Shown in pieces: positions 60,917-64,000 of a stretch of 64,000 bases of DNA. How positions within the stretch are numbered: position 1 is the stretch's first letter; the number at the start of each line of letters is the position of its first letter. The stretch covers positions 64,001 through 128,000 of the forward strand of contig CBDCEW010000098.1 in the NCBI GenBank assembly GCA_965215885.1. Reading direction: 5' to 3'. This stretch comes from Candidatus Moanibacter sp. (GTDB lineage: Bacteria; Verrucomicrobiota; Verrucomicrobiia; Opitutales; UBA2987). The position numbers and the translations under genes are program-made. Under the pieces are notes generated by a model. That model ran no database searches. It saw only the letters and a program-made list of their open reading frames with translations, and had not been told where the DNA came from.

Positions 60917-61600
60917 ATGGGAATATTTTCACGATTTCGAGACATTATCAGTTCAAACATCAACGCAATGCTGGATAAGGCAGAAGACCCGGAGAAGCTC
61001 ATAAAGCTGATGATCCAGGAGATGGAAGACACGCTTGTCGAGATCAAGGCCTCATGTGCCGGGACAATGGCAAGCCGCACGCGAGTCCTTCGAACGCTTG
61101 AAGAGGGCAAGCGACATGCAGTAAATTGGGCCCGAAAAGCGAGACGGGCGATTGAAAAAGAGCGTGAGGATCTGGCACGGGAAGCGCTTTTTGAGAAACG
61201 TCATTTTCAAGAGGAAGTAGAGAGCCTGGAGAAAGAGGCGCGCCAATTCTCAGAGATCATCGAGCGGTTTCAATCTGACATCGCACAACTCGAGGAAAAA
61301 CTGGCAGCCGCTCGCAATAAGCATGGCGTCCTGGTGCAGCGTCATGTTCACGCTGAGAAGAGGAATAAGGCTCGCACAAAGATACGTTTTTCTGAGACGT
61401 CCGATGTGTTCGCCCGTTTCGATTCCTTCGAAAATCGGATCGAGCGTATGGAAGCCGATGCTGATCTTGTCGACTACGGGCGCAAATCGACCATCGAAGA
61501 CGAATGGGACAAACTTGAGAGCGACGATGAGATCGAAAGGGAAATGGAGGAACTAAAAAAGGAGTTAACGCAGGGTGCGGAGGATACCAAAGAGAAATAA
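60917..61600 (+). CDS. pspA: Phage shock protein A
   Basis: MGIFSRFRDIISSNINAMLDKAEDPEKLIKLMIQEMEDTLVE. Confidence 0.97.
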   Translation: MGIFSRFRDIISSNINAMLDKAEDPEKLIKLMIQEMEDTLVEIKASCAGTMASRTRVLRTLEEGKRHAVNWARKARRAIEKEREDLAREALFEKRHFQEEVESLEKEARQFSEIIERFQSDIAQLEEKLAAARNKHGVLVQRHVHAEKRNKARTKIRFSETSDVFARFDSFENRIERMEADADLVDYGRKSTIEDEWDKLESDDEIEREMEELKKELTQGAEDTKEK

Positions 61601-61663
61601 CTTCTCCTCCACAATTCTCTCTTTCAACATAATCTGTCGAAGCAGAAAGAGTAATTGGAAAAC

Positions 61664-61894
61664 ATGAGCGCTTTTAACTTCGTTCTTGCAATACTCGTAA
61701 TCGTATGCGGCACCTTCATTGCGGTTGTGGCAATGATCAAGGGAAAGTCTACGAAGGTGCGAAAAGAACTCGATGTGGAAGAGACACGATTGATTCAAGA
61801 GCTGCACAGGAATCTGAATACCCTCGAGGACCGCATGGAAGCGTTGGAGACAATCATATTGGACATCGAGAGAAGGAGAAGAAAAACGAGATGA
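61664..61894 (+). CDS. pspB: Phage shock protein B-like
   Basis: N-terminal TM, LEDRMEALETIILD; lies between pspA and pspC. Confidence 0.85.
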   Translation: MSAFNFVLAILVIVCGTFIAVVAMIKGKSTKVRKELDVEETRLIQELHRNLNTLEDRMEALETIILDIERRRRKTR

Positions 61895-62280
61895 CTTATC
61901 GATATAACACGGGCCGAAGGACACTTTACCGTTCGCGAAGCGGCATCATATTCGGCGTCTGTCAGGGATTGGCCAGATACTCCGAGATTCCGATCCTCTG
62001 GGTTCGGTTGGCGATGTTGGCCATACTTCTCCTCTCCGGGATCTTTCCAATTGTTGTGTTATATATCGTTGCCGCCGTATTAATGAAACCTGAACCCGTG
62101 ATGCCACCCGCGACTCCCGAGGATTGGGACTTCTACAACTCATGGTCGTCAGACCGGTCGCTCGCAATCGCTCGAATCAAGAAGAAGTTTGAGAAGCTGG
62201 AGCGACGCACCCGTCGCATGGAAGATCTCGTCACGGCTCGGGAATTCGACTGGGATCAGCGGCTCAACAGCGATTCATAG
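61891..62280 (+). CDS. pspC: Phage shock protein C
   Basis: LYRSRSGIIFGVCQGLA; RRMEDLVT; ATGA overlap with pspB. Confidence 0.92.
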   Translation: MTYRYNTGRRTLYRSRSGIIFGVCQGLARYSEIPILWVRLAMLAILLLSGIFPIVVLYIVAAVLMKPEPVMPPATPEDWDFYNSWSSDRSLAIARIKKKFEKLERRTRRMEDLVTAREFDWDQRLNSDS

Positions 62281-62298
62281 GATCTGCCAATCAAGCCG

Positions 62299-62383
62299 GA
62301 TCGCGGGGTAAACCCGCTCCTACAGTTGCAATTTCCAATCGAACAGCCGCCAGGGATGTAGGAGCGGGTTTACCCCGCGATCG
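62299..62383. repeat. GTAG-family REP doublet
   Basis: gatcgcggggtaaacccgctcctaca...tgtaggagcgggtttaccccgcgatc. Confidence 0.85.
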
Positions 62384-62413
62384 AACTTACCCATCGTGAC
62401 TCTCAATCCATTC

Positions 62414-62489
62414 GGCGGGCAAGGGAAGGCTTTGATGGGCGGTGAGATCCGCGGTCGTAGCAGAAGATTTGTGAAATGTTCGGGTTAAG
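62414..62489. mobile_element. Partial family A MITE (reverse orientation)
   Basis: gggcaagggaaggctttga...ccgcggtcgtag.agaag.tttgtgaaatgttcggg. Confidence 0.75.
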
Positions 62490-62610
62490 AGTTCCCAAGG
62501 GAGCCATCGAATTTACTCGACCTTTCCGAAAGTGGTAAAAGATAATCGCTTCCCGGACAAAAGTCATATTGAATGCCCGGTGGCAAGTTTCACATTTATA
62601 GATTCTGAAG

Positions 62611-63705
62611 ATGGAGTTCACTGAACACCCGTTTTTCGAACAGGTTAATTCGGATCAAGTCGCTGAGTTGGCAGAAATTGCCGTTTTTGAAGAACATTCC
62701 CCGAACAAGATTATCTTCGAAGAGGGCAGCCCCTCGGAAGGGCTCTTTCTCGTCCTGGAAGGCGAAGTAGCTTTCTGCAAGCGCCTGGAGGAAGATAAGT
62801 TTCGCGTTATCGGCCAATCGAAAGCAGGGGCATTTTTTGGCGAAGTGGGTTTGTTCACGGGCCAGCCGCGAGCGTTGCGGGCGGAGTCACGCGGTAAAGT
62901 CGTCCTTGCCAAGATCCCCAAAGATGAGCTTATCAAATTCATGAAGAGCACACCGGGACCGATTGAGCATATTCTCCAAAGCATCATCAATCACCTTCAT
63001 GAGACAACCCGCCACTATATGGTCGATATGCTCCAACAGGAAAAGATGGCAGTCGTGGGAACAATGGTAAATACGATCATTCACGACTTCAAAAACCCAT
63101 TCTGTCTGATCAGTCTCGGCGCGCAGTTAATGATGCAGATGCACACGGATGAAAAGTCGCAGAAGTTCTGTCAGAATATTGAAGATCAGATTCAGCGCAT
63201 GGTGGAAATGGCGGAAGAGTTGACAGATTTCTCCCGGGGAGAACAGGATCTCAAGTTTACCGAAGTGAATCTGAGTAAGATGTTTAAGGACTTCCGTGAT
63301 CTGAATATTCTCTTTTTCCAGAATGATAAGATAAACATTGAGATCGATGTTCCCGATATAATAATCAAGGGTGAGGAGCGAAAGCTTCTTCGCGTTTTTC
63401 AAAACTTGGTGGGAAATGCAATTGAGGCCTTTGGAGACAAAGAGGGACATATCTCAGTTAAAGGCGAAATCGAACAGGGTGATACTCTACTGGTCAGAAT
63501 AACTGACAACGGAAATGGCATACCTCCGGAAATTCAGGCACATTTCTGGGAACCGTTCGTAACACACGGAAAGCGGAAAGGGACCGGTTTAGGGAGCGCC
63601 ATTGCGAAATCTATCGTGGAGGGTCATGGCGGAAGCATTGAATACGAGACAGAACAAGGAAAAGGCACAGTATTCTATGTGCGGATTCCCGTAACTCAGC
63701 CATAA
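62611..63705 (+). CDS. Cyclic-nucleotide-binding sensor histidine kinase (soluble)
   Basis: FFGEVG...PRA; HDFKNP; NLVGNA, DNGNGIP, GTGLG. Confidence 0.9.
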   Translation: MEFTEHPFFEQVNSDQVAELAEIAVFEEHSPNKIIFEEGSPSEGLFLVLEGEVAFCKRLEEDKFRVIGQSKAGAFFGEVGLFTGQPRALRAESRGKVVLAKIPKDELIKFMKSTPGPIEHILQSIINHLHETTRHYMVDMLQQEKMAVVGTMVNTIIHDFKNPFCLISLGAQLMMQMHTDEKSQKFCQNIEDQIQRMVEMAEELTDFSRGEQDLKFTEVNLSKMFKDFRDLNILFFQNDKINIEIDVPDIIIKGEERKLLRVFQNLVGNAIEAFGDKEGHISVKGEIEQGDTLLVRITDNGNGIPPEIQAHFWEPFVTHGKRKGTGLGSAIAKSIVEGHGGSIEYETEQGKGTVFYVRIPVTQP

Positions 63706-63710
63706 CCGGA

Positions 63711-64000
63711 CTAGCCCGGTAATGAACCCTGCTCCCAACCTTTTGCCCTACCCACGGCATCCAGCCAGCGTGCATATTTCTCTTCCCGTTCACTCTCGCC
63801 GATTAGAGGTTCGAACACGCGGTCGACCCGCCACTGACCTGCGATCTCTTCCGGGTTCTTCCATACACCAGCTGCTAACCCGGCGAGATAAGCCGCACCG
63901 ATGGAGGTCGTCTCGGTGACTCTCGGTCTTACTACGGGAACGCCGAGCAGATCAGCCTGAATCTGCATGAGGAGGTCGTTTTCTGTGGCGCCTCCGTCGA
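63711..64000 (-). CDS. glpK: Glycerol kinase, C-terminal part (partial)
   Basis: [38 protein letters not shown]. Confidence 0.9.
   Translation of the reverse strand, partial: DGGATENDLLMQIQADLLGVPVVRPRVTETTSIGAAYLAGLAAGVWKNPEEIAGQWRVDRVFEPLIGESEREEKYARWLDAVGRAKGWEQGSLPG

Overview
64 kb of a bacterial chromosome. Protein styles suggest Verrucomicrobiota (Opitutales-like); this is inferred, not tested. The backbone is housekeeping: rplU-rpmA, pheA, scpB, ilvD, pgi, rsmI, an RluA-family synthase, lpxK, topB, fbaA, menF-menD-menB, metG, rdgB, ribD, leuB, alaS and partial glpK. It also carries a complete sigma54-type pspF/pspABC locus. Accessory units include an SDR plus an unannotated bicupin, a SufR-like regulator divergent from a Rieske multi-helical protein with a clear double operator, an ECF/anti-sigma/Spy trio, an ankyrin lipoprotein, a giant BNR-repeat secreted protein and an MMPL transporter. 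The most striking structure is a dense, nested hierarchy of palindromic repeats and MITEs that also invades genes. One 276-bp element sits in frame in a lipoprotein signal peptide, a 54-bp perfect palindrome encodes the PspF C-terminus, and micro-palindromes are inserted inside other elements. Four genes are interrupted: pheA by a frameshift at UUU-CGA at the catalytic/ACT boundary, two genes by single in-frame TAGs in CTAG context, and one by an out-of-frame start. No rRNA, tRNA or CRISPR array was seen. All calls come from reading the sequence; no searches were run.
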